This document shows positions 28,901 through 39,176 of a stretch of 64,000 nt of DNA, in pieces (position 1 is the first letter of the stretch; every line of letters begins with the position of its first letter). Location of the stretch: assembly GCA_030525085.1 (NCBI GenBank), contig JAUNFK010000001.1:13516-77515 (forward strand), given 5' to 3'. Under the pieces are notes generated by a model. It made no database searches, was not told the DNA's origin, and saw only the letters and a program-made list of their open reading frames with translations. The DNA comes from a bacterium. GTDB lineage: Bacteria > Bacillota_I > Bacilli_A > RF39 > UBA660. The position numbers were made by a program, and so were the translations under genes.

Positions 28901-30538
28901 ATGAGTAAAATAAAAATTTTTGGTATGGGTGGACTTAACGAAAATGGTAAAAACACTTATATCATAGAAGTAGATAATAAAATATTTGTATTTGACGCTG
29001 GTTTAAAATTTGCAAACGACAGTATGTACGGAGTAGATTATATTTTGCCAGACTATTCATATCTAGAAAAAAATAGTAAAAAAATAGTTGGAGTCTTTAT
29101 CACTCATGCGCATCCAGAAAGTTATGGCGGAGTATCAGACTTAATTAAAGACATTCCTGACATTAAAATTTATGCAACTAAATACACTATCAATCAAATG
29201 AAACTAGAAGGAATTAATGATAAAAACTTAAATCTAATAGAAGCCCACAAAAAGATTGTTTTTGATAAAGACTTAAGCGTATTTCCAATAAATGTTAATC
29301 ATTCAGTACCAGATGCTGTTATGTACGTTCTAAATACGAAAGATGGTGCTATCGCCTATACTGGTGACTTTATTATAGATCCATCAATGATGGGAGCATA
29401 TAATATGGACTTAGGGAAAATCGCTTATGTTGGTAAACAAGGAGTTCTAGCACTATTATGTGAATCATCTTTTTCGGAAAATATAGGTCACACAAGTCCG
29501 AGTCATCATATGAGTTCTTTCTTTAAAAATATCATAAGTAAATCAAAAGGAAGAATTATCTTTAGTGTATTACATATTCATTTATATACAATTGAAGGAA
29601 TATTTACCGCAGCTAAAAACTCACATAGAAAAATAGTTATAATGGGTAAAAAACTTCAAAATATTATAAACATGGCAATCAAAGAAAAATACATGAACAT
29701 TGATGAAAGCTTAATTGGCGATTTATCAAACCTGGATGACAGTAATGCAATTCTACTAGTATGTGATGACCGTGCTCATCCATATAACTCAATTGAAAAA
29801 ATTGTAAGTGGCAATGATAAATACATTAAACTAAAATCAACTGACACTTTCTGTTTTGCTGAACCAAAATACGACGAAAATGAAAAAATAATCGTAAAAA
29901 TCGAAAACGAATTAGCTTATAAAGGAATAGATACCATAAGCATCCCTAAGGATAAAGGAATATCACTACATGCTTCATCTGAAGATCTTATGCTTATGAT
30001 TAATCTATTAAAACCTAAATATTTTATACCAGTAAAAGGCGAATATCGTTATATGGTTGGTGGTGCAAATCTAGCAAGTGACTTAGGATACAAAAAAGAA
30101 AATATCCTACTAAAACAAAATGGTGACATTATTACAATTAATAATAAAAAGTTAGAAGACACAGGAGAACATATTTTTATTGATGACGTTTTAATCGACG
30201 GAACAAGCCCTGATGACGTTGGAGACTTAGTAATTAAAGATAGAGAAATGTTGTCAGAAAATGGTATTGTCCTAGTAAGTGCAACACTATCTAAAAAAGA
30301 TAAAAAACTTCTAGTCGGACCAGAAGTTACAACAAGAGGGTTTATCTACGTAAAAGACTCTAAAGAAATGATTGAAGAAATAAAAAGAATATCTTTAGAA
30401 GTAATTAATAACAATATCACAAATGGTTATGTAGATTATAATAATATTAAAACAGAAATAAGAGAAAAACTAAGTAAATACTTCTATGTAGAAACAGAAT
30501 GTAAACCAATGATAATTGCCGTAATTCAAGAAGTTTAA
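28901..30538 (+). CDS. RNase J-family (metallo-beta-lactamase/beta-CASP) protein with degenerate metal-binding motifs
   Basis: The N-terminus is co-linear with RNase J1 ('GGLNENGKNTYIIEV...FDAGLKF...GVDYILPDYSYL'). The HxHxDH motif reads 'THAHPESYGG', and the 'HxSGH' motif reads 'LHASSED'. Confidence 0.75.
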   Translation: MSKIKIFGMGGLNENGKNTYIIEVDNKIFVFDAGLKFANDSMYGVDYILPDYSYLEKNSKKIVGVFITHAHPESYGGVSDLIKDIPDIKIYATKYTINQMKLEGINDKNLNLIEAHKKIVFDKDLSVFPINVNHSVPDAVMYVLNTKDGAIAYTGDFIIDPSMMGAYNMDLGKIAYVGKQGVLALLCESSFSENIGHTSPSHHMSSFFKNIISKSKGRIIFSVLHIHLYTIEGIFTAAKNSHRKIVIMGKKLQNIINMAIKEKYMNIDESLIGDLSNLDDSNAILLVCDDRAHPYNSIEKIVSGNDKYIKLKSTDTFCFAEPKYDENEKIIVKIENELAYKGIDTISIPKDKGISLHASSEDLMLMINLLKPKYFIPVKGEYRYMVGGANLASDLGYKKENILLKQNGDIITINNKKLEDTGEHIFIDDVLIDGTSPDDVGDLVIKDREMLSENGIVLVSATLSKKDKKLLVGPEVTTRGFIYVKDSKEMIEEIKRISLEVINNNITNGYVDYNNIKTEIREKLSKYFYVETECKPMIIAVIQEV

Positions 30539-30618
30539 AGAGTGTGAACGCACTCTTTTTTCTTGACTATAATTTACTCATAGTATAAAATAATTATAGA
30601 AAATAGAGGTGCAGCTGT

Positions 30619-32511
30619 ATGCAAAAAAGTATGCAAAAATACAAAAAGAGACTAATTACTCTAAATGTTATGTTGCTTGCTATTGTACTTCTAGCTGGAG
30701 TAAGTTATGCAGTATTTACTGGTTATAGTAGTCAGACTGATACAAATACTTTAGCTGGAACATGTATCGACTTAGAGTTTAGTGGTACTAATGAGATTAA
30801 TTTAACAAATAGTTATCCTATTATTGAAGCAAAAGGTTTAGAACAAACTCCTTATACATTTACTATAAAAAATAACTGTGATAACTATATAGAATATTAC
30901 GTTATCGCATCTGTAATAAACTCATCAACAAGCGTTGATTCTAAATATATAAAGGTGTCTTTACTTGGAGATAATGATATGACACCATCTGTAATAACTT
31001 CCTTAAAACAAATTTCTACACCTCAAAGTTTATCTAGCTATAATATAAAAGAAAATTATGTTCTTAAAGAAGGAGATGGAATTACTAAAGATGAGTCTCG
31101 AAGCTTTGATTTTAGAATGTGGCTAGATGGTGAAAATGAAACAAGCTGGACCAGTGAGGATTTAGAAAATAAAACATATCAAGTTAAAATATCAGTAGTA
31201 GGTACTGTTAAAACACAGCCTAAAGATGATTTATTTATAGCTACTACGATAGAAGGAACTGCAAGTAGCACATTTCCAACAACAAAAACTTATTCGGCTT
31301 CAGTATCATGTACTCAAAATGATAAAACAGTAGACATTGGAGCAACTATAAAATGGACTGGGTCTAAGTGGAGTTTAGGCGTAACTAATTTAACAAGTGG
31401 TAATACAAAGTGTAATGTTAAATTTGAAGCTCCAACACTTAGAAGTACAATCTTAACTGATAATGAGGAAAAAACTACAATAACAACGCCAGGGGAAGAA
31501 ATATCATCATCATCTGAGGCACTTTTAGCGTCAACTACTGACAATTATGGAACCTCCTATTATTTTAGAGGTAATGTTCAAAATAATTACGTACAGTTTG
31601 CAAATAAATGTTGGAGAATAGTCAGAATAACAGGAGATGGTTCAGTCAAACTTGTTTTGCATAATGATAATACTAGTTACGTTGCAAATCCTTGTAATAG
31701 TTCCAACAACTCATCAACCGCTGCATTTGCAAAATATTCTGGGACAACTTATACAAGCAAATTTAATGCTAGTAATGGATACAATGCCCATGTAGGATTT
31801 ATGTACAACAAAACCGGATCACTTAATCCTGATGACTCTAGTGAAATGCTTGCACTAAATAAAAATACATATAAAAGTGTGATCATGACAAACCTTGAAA
31901 CATGGTACGAAAATAATTTAAATTCTTATACTAGCAAACTTGCTGATGTTGTCTGGTGCAATGACAGAAGTACAATCTCAGGCAGAACGTATGATCCTGT
32001 GGGCTTATTTGCTTATGATGTTGGAGCTGGCACGTCATCTTCAAATGGCAAAATTGCTGTATATTATAGTGCTTATAAAAGAATTATGAATGCAGGCAGC
32101 AGTTCAAGTAGTCTACAACCTAGTTTACTTTGCGATGAGCTTCTTTCAAGAATGACTGTTAGTGACACAACAAATGGAAATGGAGCATTAACATACAAAA
32201 TAGGATTACTTACTGCAGATGAAGTGGCATTTGCTGGGCTTTCTGGTAAAAGTGAAAACAGTAATTCTTACATAACAGAAAATACCGGAAGTAATTTATG
32301 GTGGACAATGACGCCGGCATATTTTTCAAAGGCTACTGATTATTCACCATCAACAGTAAAAACAGAAGCACATGTTTTAAATGTTAGTGGAAAAATTTCA
32401 AATGCAACACCTGCTACTGCATACGGTCTTAGACCAGCAATTGCTCTTTTATCATCAACAAAAATTTCGAGTGGAACAGGTACATCAGAAGACCCCTATA
32501 TAATAAACTAA
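30619..32511 (+). CDS. Secreted/membrane-anchored protein with a TasA/camelysin-like N-terminal region
   Basis: N-terminal TM followed by 'SYAVFTGYSSQTDTNTLAGTCIDLEFSG..INLTNSYPI', which resembles SipW-type signals and the TasA N-terminus. The C-terminal part contains 'LWWTMTP' and 'GLRPAIAL'. Confidence 0.45.
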   Translation: MQKSMQKYKKRLITLNVMLLAIVLLAGVSYAVFTGYSSQTDTNTLAGTCIDLEFSGTNEINLTNSYPIIEAKGLEQTPYTFTIKNNCDNYIEYYVIASVINSSTSVDSKYIKVSLLGDNDMTPSVITSLKQISTPQSLSSYNIKENYVLKEGDGITKDESRSFDFRMWLDGENETSWTSEDLENKTYQVKISVVGTVKTQPKDDLFIATTIEGTASSTFPTTKTYSASVSCTQNDKTVDIGATIKWTGSKWSLGVTNLTSGNTKCNVKFEAPTLRSTILTDNEEKTTITTPGEEISSSSEALLASTTDNYGTSYYFRGNVQNNYVQFANKCWRIVRITGDGSVKLVLHNDNTSYVANPCNSSNNSSTAAFAKYSGTTYTSKFNASNGYNAHVGFMYNKTGSLNPDDSSEMLALNKNTYKSVIMTNLETWYENNLNSYTSKLADVVWCNDRSTISGRTYDPVGLFAYDVGAGTSSSNGKIAVYYSAYKRIMNAGSSSSSLQPSLLCDELLSRMTVSDTTNGNGALTYKIGLLTADEVAFAGLSGKSENSNSYITENTGSNLWWTMTPAYFSKATDYSPSTVKTEAHVLNVSGKISNATPATAYGLRPAIALLSSTKISSGTGTSEDPYIIN

Positions 32512-32514
32512 ATT

Positions 32515-32538
32515 GATGTGAAAATTCACATCTTTTTT
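32515..32538 (+). terminator. Intrinsic terminator
   Basis: GATGTG-aaaatt-CACATC followed by TTTTTT. Confidence 0.65.
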
Positions 32539-32598
32539 CATGCTTTTTTGTTGCTATTTTTAATGGTTATGCTAAACTTATGGTAGAGGAGGAAATGT

Positions 32599-33261
32599 AT
32601 GAAGAATTGTAAAAATATTATTTTAGGTATTATCTTAATACTTATAGGTGTATGGTTTGGCTTATACACTACCGGAGTAGTTAAAGTAAATCTATTATTC
32701 GATGGTTGGTGGACTCTATTTATCATTATTCCAAGCTTTTTTGGTCTATTTAATGAAGAAGGAAAAACCGGACCACTAATTGGTTTAGCAGTAGGTGTAC
32801 TTCTATTATTATCTTGCCAAGACATCATAAACTTCGATATTGTCCTAAAACTAATTGTACCATGTGTTTTAGTTGCTACTGGCTTATCAATTATCTTTAA
32901 AGGAAAAATCAAAAATAAAAACATTGAAAATGTTAAAGCCGTAGGCGGAACAAATTACAGTGCTACATTTAGTGGACAAAATCTAGACTTTTCTAAAGAA
33001 GAATTTACTGGAACAAAATTAGATGCCGTATTTGGCGGAATCAAGTGTGATTTAAGAAATGCCATAATTAATGACGATGTAGTAATCGAAGCAAGTGCTA
33101 TCTTTGGTGGTATAACTATTTTAGTACCTAAAGAAGTAAACGTTAAAATCACATCAACAAGTATCTTTGGCGGAGTCGAAGGAAAAAGCAAAATGGATAA
33201 ACCAGGTAAAACTATTTACATCAACGCTACATGCCTATTTGGTGGAGTTGAAGTTAAATGA
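32599..33261 (+). CDS. LiaF-like cell wall-active antibiotic response protein (DUF2154)
   Basis: N-terminal TMs plus a C-terminal domain with repeated 'FGG' strands ('AVFGGIKCDL', 'AIFGGITILVP', 'SIFGGVEG', 'CLFGGVEVK'). Confidence 0.7.
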   Translation: MKNCKNIILGIILILIGVWFGLYTTGVVKVNLLFDGWWTLFIIIPSFFGLFNEEGKTGPLIGLAVGVLLLLSCQDIINFDIVLKLIVPCVLVATGLSIIFKGKIKNKNIENVKAVGGTNYSATFSGQNLDFSKEEFTGTKLDAVFGGIKCDLRNAIINDDVVIEASAIFGGITILVPKEVNVKITSTSIFGGVEGKSKMDKPGKTIYINATCLFGGVEVK

Positions 33262-34043
33262 ATAAAGCACAAACAATAATTAAATATGCTGCCATTGCTT
33301 TTGCTATTTACCTAATATGTGAAATATTTCTAATACTAATAAACATCGTTGGAGTTGTTGATAAAGGATTTGAATCTAAAAATAAAAAAATAGATGTGCC
33401 AGCAAGTGAAGCATATCTAGTAGTAGATTTAGCAACAAGCAGTCTAACAATTAAAGAAGGAGATACATTCAATTACACAATTGATAACAATGAAATCTCT
33501 GCTGAAAAAGATAACAATAAAATTATTATCAAAGAAAAAGGCCACTTTAGAAATAAAAAAAGTGAAGTAATAATTACCATCCCTAGAGACATGATTTTAA
33601 ATGATGCCATAATTAATACTGGTGCCGGCAAAATAAATATTGAAAATCTTAAAACAGAAAATCTTATTTTAGACATAGGTGCTGGTAGTGTTCAAATCGA
33701 TAATATTACAGTAACTAAAAACTGTGACATTGATGGTGGAGTAGGAAATATGGTTATAAATAAAGGAAGTATCTACAACTTAGATATGGACTTGGGTGTA
33801 GGTAAAACAACCATCACAAGTACTCTTACTGGTGAAAATGAAATAGATACGGGCATCGGTAAATTAGAACTAAACCTTATTGGTACATTAAATGATTATA
33901 CTCTTGATATATCAAAAGGAATTGGCTCAATTACTTTGGATGATAAAAATCTAAAAGATGAAGAAAAAATAGGCACTGGCTCATCACAAGTTAAAATAGA
34001 TGGTGGAATAGGTGCGATAGATATTAAAATGAAAGAGGAATAA
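33258..34043 (+). CDS. DUF4097-like beta-repeat protein (LiaG-like putative adhesin)
   Basis: ATGA overlap with the liaF-like gene. Units recur: 'GAGKINIENL', 'GAGSVQIDNI', 'GVGNMVINKG', 'GIGKLELNL' and 'GIGAIDIKM'. Confidence 0.55.
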   Translation: MNKAQTIIKYAAIAFAIYLICEIFLILINIVGVVDKGFESKNKKIDVPASEAYLVVDLATSSLTIKEGDTFNYTIDNNEISAEKDNNKIIIKEKGHFRNKKSEVIITIPRDMILNDAIINTGAGKINIENLKTENLILDIGAGSVQIDNITVTKNCDIDGGVGNMVINKGSIYNLDMDLGVGKTTITSTLTGENEIDTGIGKLELNLIGTLNDYTLDISKGIGSITLDDKNLKDEEKIGTGSSQVKIDGGIGAIDIKMKEE

Positions 34044-34045
34044 AA

Positions 34046-34531
34046 ATGAAGAAAAAAGTATTATATTTATTAATATTATTAATTTTAGGGGTAACAGGTT
34101 GTGCTTTATTAGAACCAGAAGAAAAAACATTTAAAGACAATGGAATGTCTATTACCTTAACAGACGAATTTACAGAAAAAGATTTAGTGTCTACAACTGT
34201 ATATTTTGAAAGTATGGATGCTATAGTTACTGGTTTAAAGGAAGAGTTTAGTACATTAGAAGCTGCTGGCTTAACAAAGGACAGTACTGTAGAAGACTAT
34301 GCTAAAGCAGTAACTACTAATAATCAAAAAGATAGTGAAATTAAAACAGAAGATGGTTTAACATATTTTACATATACAAGTGATGTTAATGGTAAAACAT
34401 ATTTCTATATTGCTACAGTTTATAAAAGTAATGATGCTTTCTGGTTATTTAACTTTGCTTGCGATAGTAGTGATCAAGAAAAATTTGAAAACACATTCAA
34501 AACTTGGGCAAAATCAGTATCATTTGAATAA
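34046..34531 (+). CDS. Lipoprotein, unknown function
   Basis: Signal peptide plus lipobox '[12 protein letters not shown]'. Confidence 0.6.
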   Translation: MKKKVLYLLILLILGVTGCALLEPEEKTFKDNGMSITLTDEFTEKDLVSTTVYFESMDAIVTGLKEEFSTLEAAGLTKDSTVEDYAKAVTTNNQKDSEIKTEDGLTYFTYTSDVNGKTYFYIATVYKSNDAFWLFNFACDSSDQEKFENTFKTWAKSVSFE

Positions 34532-34555
34532 GAACAAAATTGTTCTTATTTTTTA
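34530..34555 (+). terminator. Intrinsic terminator
   Basis: AAGAACAA-aa-TTGTTCTT followed by a T-rich tract. Confidence 0.6.
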
Positions 34556-34590
34556 TTTATGATATAATACGAACGAAAGAAGGAATTAAC

Positions 34591-35034
34591 ATGGCAAGAA
34601 AAAGTAATAAAGAACTAACAAAAGAATTAAAAGATAAAGGAAATAAAACATTTAAAGAATTCAAAGAATTCATCTCAAAAGGAAACGTAATTGACCTAGC
34701 TGTTGGTGTTATCATCGGTGGTGCTTTTAGTAAAATTGTCTCATCACTAGTTAACGATATCATAATGCCATTAATAGGAATTATAATTGGTGGAATTGAT
34801 TTTACAAACCTAACATTTAAAATCAAAGATGCTACAGTAAGTTATGGAGTATTTATTCAAAATATTTTAGATTTCTTAATCGTCGCTGCTTGTATCTTTA
34901 CATTCGTTAAACTAATTAATAAACTAAACCGTAAAAAAGAAGAACCAAAAGAAGAAGTTAAAGAAGAACCTAAAAAAAGTGACGAAGTATTATTACTAGA
35001 AGAAATTAGAGATTTATTAAAAAAGAATAAATAA
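34591..35034 (+). CDS. mscL: Large-conductance mechanosensitive channel
   Basis: '[40 protein letters not shown]'. An extended -10 (TGaTATAAT) lies at 34560-34568, upstream of the gene. Confidence 0.9.
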   Translation: MARKSNKELTKELKDKGNKTFKEFKEFISKGNVIDLAVGVIIGGAFSKIVSSLVNDIIMPLIGIIIGGIDFTNLTFKIKDATVSYGVFIQNILDFLIVAACIFTFVKLINKLNRKKEEPKEEVKEEPKKSDEVLLLEEIRDLLKKNK

Positions 35035-35123
35035 CCATAGTTTTTAAACACTATATAGTTATATAGTTGCTTTTTTTTTGTAATAAGATATGTTAAAATA
35101 TAATTTGGAAAGATGGTAAAAAT

Positions 35124-35699
35124 ATGTTAGACACACTGTTATATAGAATTTGTGCTCCAATTGTCGGCGTATACATTAAATTAGTTTATAAGCCACAAAT
35201 AATTAATAAAGAAAATATCCCTAAGAGTGGAAAAATTATCATAGCTGGAACACATACCAATATGCAAGATTGCTGCTTACTAGCTGGATGCTGCACTAGA
35301 AGAGATATCAGATTTGTTGCTAAAAAAGAACTATTAAATCCACCACTTGGTTTCTTATTTAGAATGTCTGGCATCATCCCAGTTGACCGCAAAATACATG
35401 ATGCAACAGTTATGCCAGCTGTAAATAAAGTATTAAGTGAAGGTGGACTAGTTGGCATATTTCCAGAAGGCACAATCAATAGAACAGACGATATCATAAT
35501 GCCATTTAAAAAGGGTGCTATAAAAATGGCTCTAGAAAATAACTGCGAAATTTTACCATTTGCAATTAACGGCAAATACAAACGTGGCAAACTTAAAGTT
35601 AAATTTGGAACAAAATACTTTCCAGAAACTACAGACGTAGAAAAAGAAACAAAAATCTTAGAACAAAAAGTAATTGAATTATTAAAGGAATGTGAATAA
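35124..35699 (+). CDS. 1-acyl-sn-glycerol-3-phosphate acyltransferase-family protein (LPLAT)
   Basis: H(X)4D block 'GTHTNMQD', plus 'FVAKKEL' and 'IFPEGT'. Confidence 0.8.
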   Translation: MLDTLLYRICAPIVGVYIKLVYKPQIINKENIPKSGKIIIAGTHTNMQDCCLLAGCCTRRDIRFVAKKELLNPPLGFLFRMSGIIPVDRKIHDATVMPAVNKVLSEGGLVGIFPEGTINRTDDIIMPFKKGAIKMALENNCEILPFAINGKYKRGKLKVKFGTKYFPETTDVEKETKILEQKVIELLKECE

Positions 35700-35700
35700 A

Positions 35701-37458
35701 ATGAATTTTATAAAAAGACTACTCAATACAAAAGAACTAGAAAAACCATACTACGATTTATATGGAGAAATGCCGGCTCATTTAGACTATCCAGATAAAA
35801 TGATGTATGAAATGGTTTATGAAACAGTAAAAAAATACCCTCATAATGGCGCATTACAATACTATGGCAAAACTCTTTCATACAAAAAATTCTATGAAAA
35901 AATTGAAACATGTGCTAAAGCCTTAAAAGCAAACGGAATAGAAGAGGGCGACAGAGTAACCATCTGTATGCCAAACACTCCAGAAGCAATTATTATGTTT
36001 TATGCAATAAATATGGTTGGTGCTGTTGCTAGTATGATTCACCCATTATCAAGTGAAAATGAAATCGAGTTTTACATGGATGCTGCAAGCAGTAAACACA
36101 TTCTAACAGTAAATCTTTTTGCTGATAAAGTAATAAAAGCTGCAAGTAGGGTAAATGCTAAAAAAATAATTATCGCTGATGTTACAGACGGAATGTTCAA
36201 AGTAATTCAAAAAACCTTAAATGCATATACATTTGTAACAAGTTTCTTTAAAGAAAACAAAACCCCAAAAATAGAATATAATGAAACGATTGTAACGTTC
36301 AAAAGCTTTTTTGATACAGGCTATGGTTATGACGGAGAATATAAAGTAACAAATAGAGCTGCCAAAGAAGCTGTAATTCTTTATAGTGGTGGAACAACGG
36401 GCAAACCAAAAGGCGTGGTTCTATCAAATAAAAACTTTAACGCTGAAGGTATGCAAGCATTTAAAATGACTGGAGCAGCCGTAGGTGAAGCCGTTCTTAC
36501 TATCATGCCAATCTTCCACGGATTTGGTTTAGGAGTAAGCGTTCATACAGAACTTATTTCAGGTATGAAATGTATTTTAATTCCATCATTTAAAGTAAAT
36601 GAATTTGCTAGACTAATCAAACTATACCACCCAGCATTCCTTATTGGCGTGCCAACAATGTACGAAGGCCTAGTTAATAATCAAGATAACTCAAAATATT
36701 TAAAATGTGTAACAAACTGTATATGTGGTGGAGATACTCTAAAACCAGAACTAAGAACAAGAGTAAATGAATACCTATTAGCACACGGATCAAACGCTCA
36801 AATAAGAGTAGGTTATGGTTTAACTGAATCAGTAGCAGCTACTATCCTAACTCCAAAACATTACTTCAAAGAAGGAGCTCTAGGTCTTCCATTTCCTGAC
36901 ATGCAAATAAAAATAATTAAACCAGGAACAACTAAAGAAGTAAGAACTGGTAAAGAAGGTGAAATATGCATCTGCGGTCCAACCGTTATGCTTGGCTACT
37001 TAAATGAACCAGAAGAAACATCAAATACACTAATAGTTCATCCAGATGGAAACACCTACTTACATACTGGAGATGTTGGTTACAAAGATGAAGAAGGGCT
37101 AATCTTCTTTACCTCAAGACTAAAAAGAATGATTATCTCAAGTGGATACAACATCTATCCATCATTCGTTGAAAAAATAGTTGACTCACATCCAGCCGTT
37201 TTATCATGTATTGTTGTTGGTATTCCTCATCCATACAAAAAACAAGTTCCAGTAGCTTGTATCGTTCTAAGAAACAATTTTACTCCAAGTGAAGAACTAA
37301 CAAACGATATCAAAGAATACTGTGCAAAATCAATTGCTAAATACTCAATGCCATATCGATACGAATATATTAAAAGCGTACCAAAAACCTTAATTGGTAA
37401 AGTTAACTACCGTAAATTAGAAGAAGAATGTACTAAAAAATATAGTAAGGTGAAATAA
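35701..37458 (+). CDS. AMP-dependent (adenylate-forming) acyl-CoA/acyl-ACP synthetase
   Basis: AMP-binding motif 'YSGGTTGKPKGV', plus 'GYGLTE', 'HTGDVGYKDEEG' and 'GKVNYRKL'. An alternative GTG start at 35692 overlaps the upstream stop. Confidence 0.85.
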   Translation: MNFIKRLLNTKELEKPYYDLYGEMPAHLDYPDKMMYEMVYETVKKYPHNGALQYYGKTLSYKKFYEKIETCAKALKANGIEEGDRVTICMPNTPEAIIMFYAINMVGAVASMIHPLSSENEIEFYMDAASSKHILTVNLFADKVIKAASRVNAKKIIIADVTDGMFKVIQKTLNAYTFVTSFFKENKTPKIEYNETIVTFKSFFDTGYGYDGEYKVTNRAAKEAVILYSGGTTGKPKGVVLSNKNFNAEGMQAFKMTGAAVGEAVLTIMPIFHGFGLGVSVHTELISGMKCILIPSFKVNEFARLIKLYHPAFLIGVPTMYEGLVNNQDNSKYLKCVTNCICGGDTLKPELRTRVNEYLLAHGSNAQIRVGYGLTESVAATILTPKHYFKEGALGLPFPDMQIKIIKPGTTKEVRTGKEGEICICGPTVMLGYLNEPEETSNTLIVHPDGNTYLHTGDVGYKDEEGLIFFTSRLKRMIISSGYNIYPSFVEKIVDSHPAVLSCIVVGIPHPYKKQVPVACIVLRNNFTPSEELTNDIKEYCAKSIAKYSMPYRYEYIKSVPKTLIGKVNYRKLEEECTKKYSKVK

Positions 37459-38300
37459 TGGAAAAAGAACAACATATTCATGGCTTTAGAATATTTAAAG
37501 GAGTCCTAGGGGCAATCTTTACAGTGCTCCTAAGACCAACATATAAAAATAAAGAAGTAATTCCAGAAGAAGGTCCAATCATAGTCTGTGGAAATCATAT
37601 TCACTTACTAGACCAATGCCTTCCAATCCTTTCAACCAAAAGAATGCTTCACTATATGGCAAAAAAAGAATACTTTGATGGACCATTTGCTTGGTTCTTC
37701 AAAGCATCAGGTTGCATCTCAGTAGATAGAGAGCACCATGGCGGATCATCAAAAGAAATTGCTGTAAGCGTTTTAAATAAAGGCTGGGCACTAGGAATCT
37801 ATCCAGAAGGAACCAGAAACAGCTTAGCTTGTAAAGACGAAAAACTACTTGAAAGCTATGAACTAATCAAAGACCAAATGCCTTTCAAAAAATATAAAAA
37901 ACTAATGAAGAAAAATATGACTTTACTTAGTCAATATGAATTCTTAAAAAAGTTAATTGCTGACAAAAGAATAACTGAAAACGATGCCAAAGAAGCAATC
38001 CTTGACCTAGATAACTATCTAATAAATATGCTTAAAAAAGATGACATATCATACGAAGAATACCGTGACAATCTTTTACTTCCAATCAAATTTGGAACCG
38101 TATCAATTGCTCAAAAAACAAAAAGTACAATCGTTCCTTATGCCATAAGCGGTAAATATAATATCTTAAAAAACAATTTAACTGTTGAATTTGGAACTCC
38201 ATTTAAAGTAGAAGAAAATGATAACCTAGAAGAAGTTAATGAAAAATTATCTTCGAGTATTAAAGACTTAATATTAAAAAGCAAAGGACTGTTAAAATGA
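37458..38300 (+). CDS. Second LPLAT-family acyltransferase, with an insertion after the EGTR block
   Basis: ATGA-type overlap with the upstream gene. Motifs 'CGNHIHLLD', 'YMAKKEYF' and 'IYPEGTRN' are present. About 90 extra residues precede the last conserved block. Confidence 0.7.
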   Translation: MEKEQHIHGFRIFKGVLGAIFTVLLRPTYKNKEVIPEEGPIIVCGNHIHLLDQCLPILSTKRMLHYMAKKEYFDGPFAWFFKASGCISVDREHHGGSSKEIAVSVLNKGWALGIYPEGTRNSLACKDEKLLESYELIKDQMPFKKYKKLMKKNMTLLSQYEFLKKLIADKRITENDAKEAILDLDNYLINMLKKDDISYEEYRDNLLLPIKFGTVSIAQKTKSTIVPYAISGKYNILKNNLTVEFGTPFKVEENDNLEEVNEKLSSSIKDLILKSKGLLK

Positions 38301-39118
38301 TTATAGATGGTAAAAGTATAAGAGATAAATATCTAAATAAAATAAAAGAAGAAGCAACTGGTAAAGACATAACTCTTGCTGTAATTCAAGTTGGTAATGA
38401 CGAAGCAAGTACAGTATACGTTAAACAAAAAGAAAAAATGTGCAATAACATTGGTGCGAACTTTAAACACTACACATTTGCAAGTGACGCTAAAGAAGAA
38501 GATATTATCAGCTTAATAAATAAGTTAAATAATGATAATACAACTGGTATAATTGTTCAGCTACCACTACCAAAAGGCTTTAATAAAGATAGAATAATTA
38601 ATACAATAGACGAATCAAAAGACGTAGATGGTCTAACAAATAAAAATATAATTAAACTAGTTAAAGGCGAAACATCATTAATACCATGTACAGCACTTGG
38701 TGTCATGAAAATTCTAGAAGAAATAAATGCGGATATTGATGGAAAAAATGCCGTAATTATTGGTAGAAGTGACCTCGTAGGTAAACCACTTTATAATCTG
38801 TTACTAAATAAGAATGCTACTGTAACACTTTGCCATTCACACACCAAAAATTTAAAAGAAATGTGTCAAATAGCAGACATCTTAATTGGTGCAACAAACC
38901 AAAAACACATAATTACTAAAGACATGGTAAAAAAAGGTAGCATCCTAATAGATGTTGGTATAATCCGCGAAAATGGTAAACTATATGGAAATGCTGACTT
39001 TGATAACATTAAAGATATTACTTCATATATAACACCAGTTCCTGGAGGAGTAGGCCCACTAACAATCGCAATGCTAGCAAACAACCTACTAGAAGCTTAC
39101 AAACTACAAAACAGATAA
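38297..39118 (+). CDS. folD: Bifunctional methylenetetrahydrofolate dehydrogenase/methenyl-THF cyclohydrolase
   Basis: 'ASTVYVKQKEK', 'GIIVQLPLP', 'VIIGRSDLVGKP' and 'ITPVPGGVGPLTIAML'. Confidence 0.9.
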   Translation: MIIDGKSIRDKYLNKIKEEATGKDITLAVIQVGNDEASTVYVKQKEKMCNNIGANFKHYTFASDAKEEDIISLINKLNNDNTTGIIVQLPLPKGFNKDRIINTIDESKDVDGLTNKNIIKLVKGETSLIPCTALGVMKILEEINADIDGKNAVIIGRSDLVGKPLYNLLLNKNATVTLCHSHTKNLKEMCQIADILIGATNQKHIITKDMVKKGSILIDVGIIRENGKLYGNADFDNIKDITSYITPVPGGVGPLTIAMLANNLLEAYKLQNR

Positions 39119-39176
39119 CGAAAGTTGTCTTTTTTTTATTATATGATATAATACAATTCGCGAAAGGAGGGGACTC

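Noticed and set aside
34380-34562. A 60-aa ORF overlapping the lipoprotein gene end and the mscL promoter.
   Set aside because: It overlaps a supported CDS plus a terminator and promoter region. No RBS is present.
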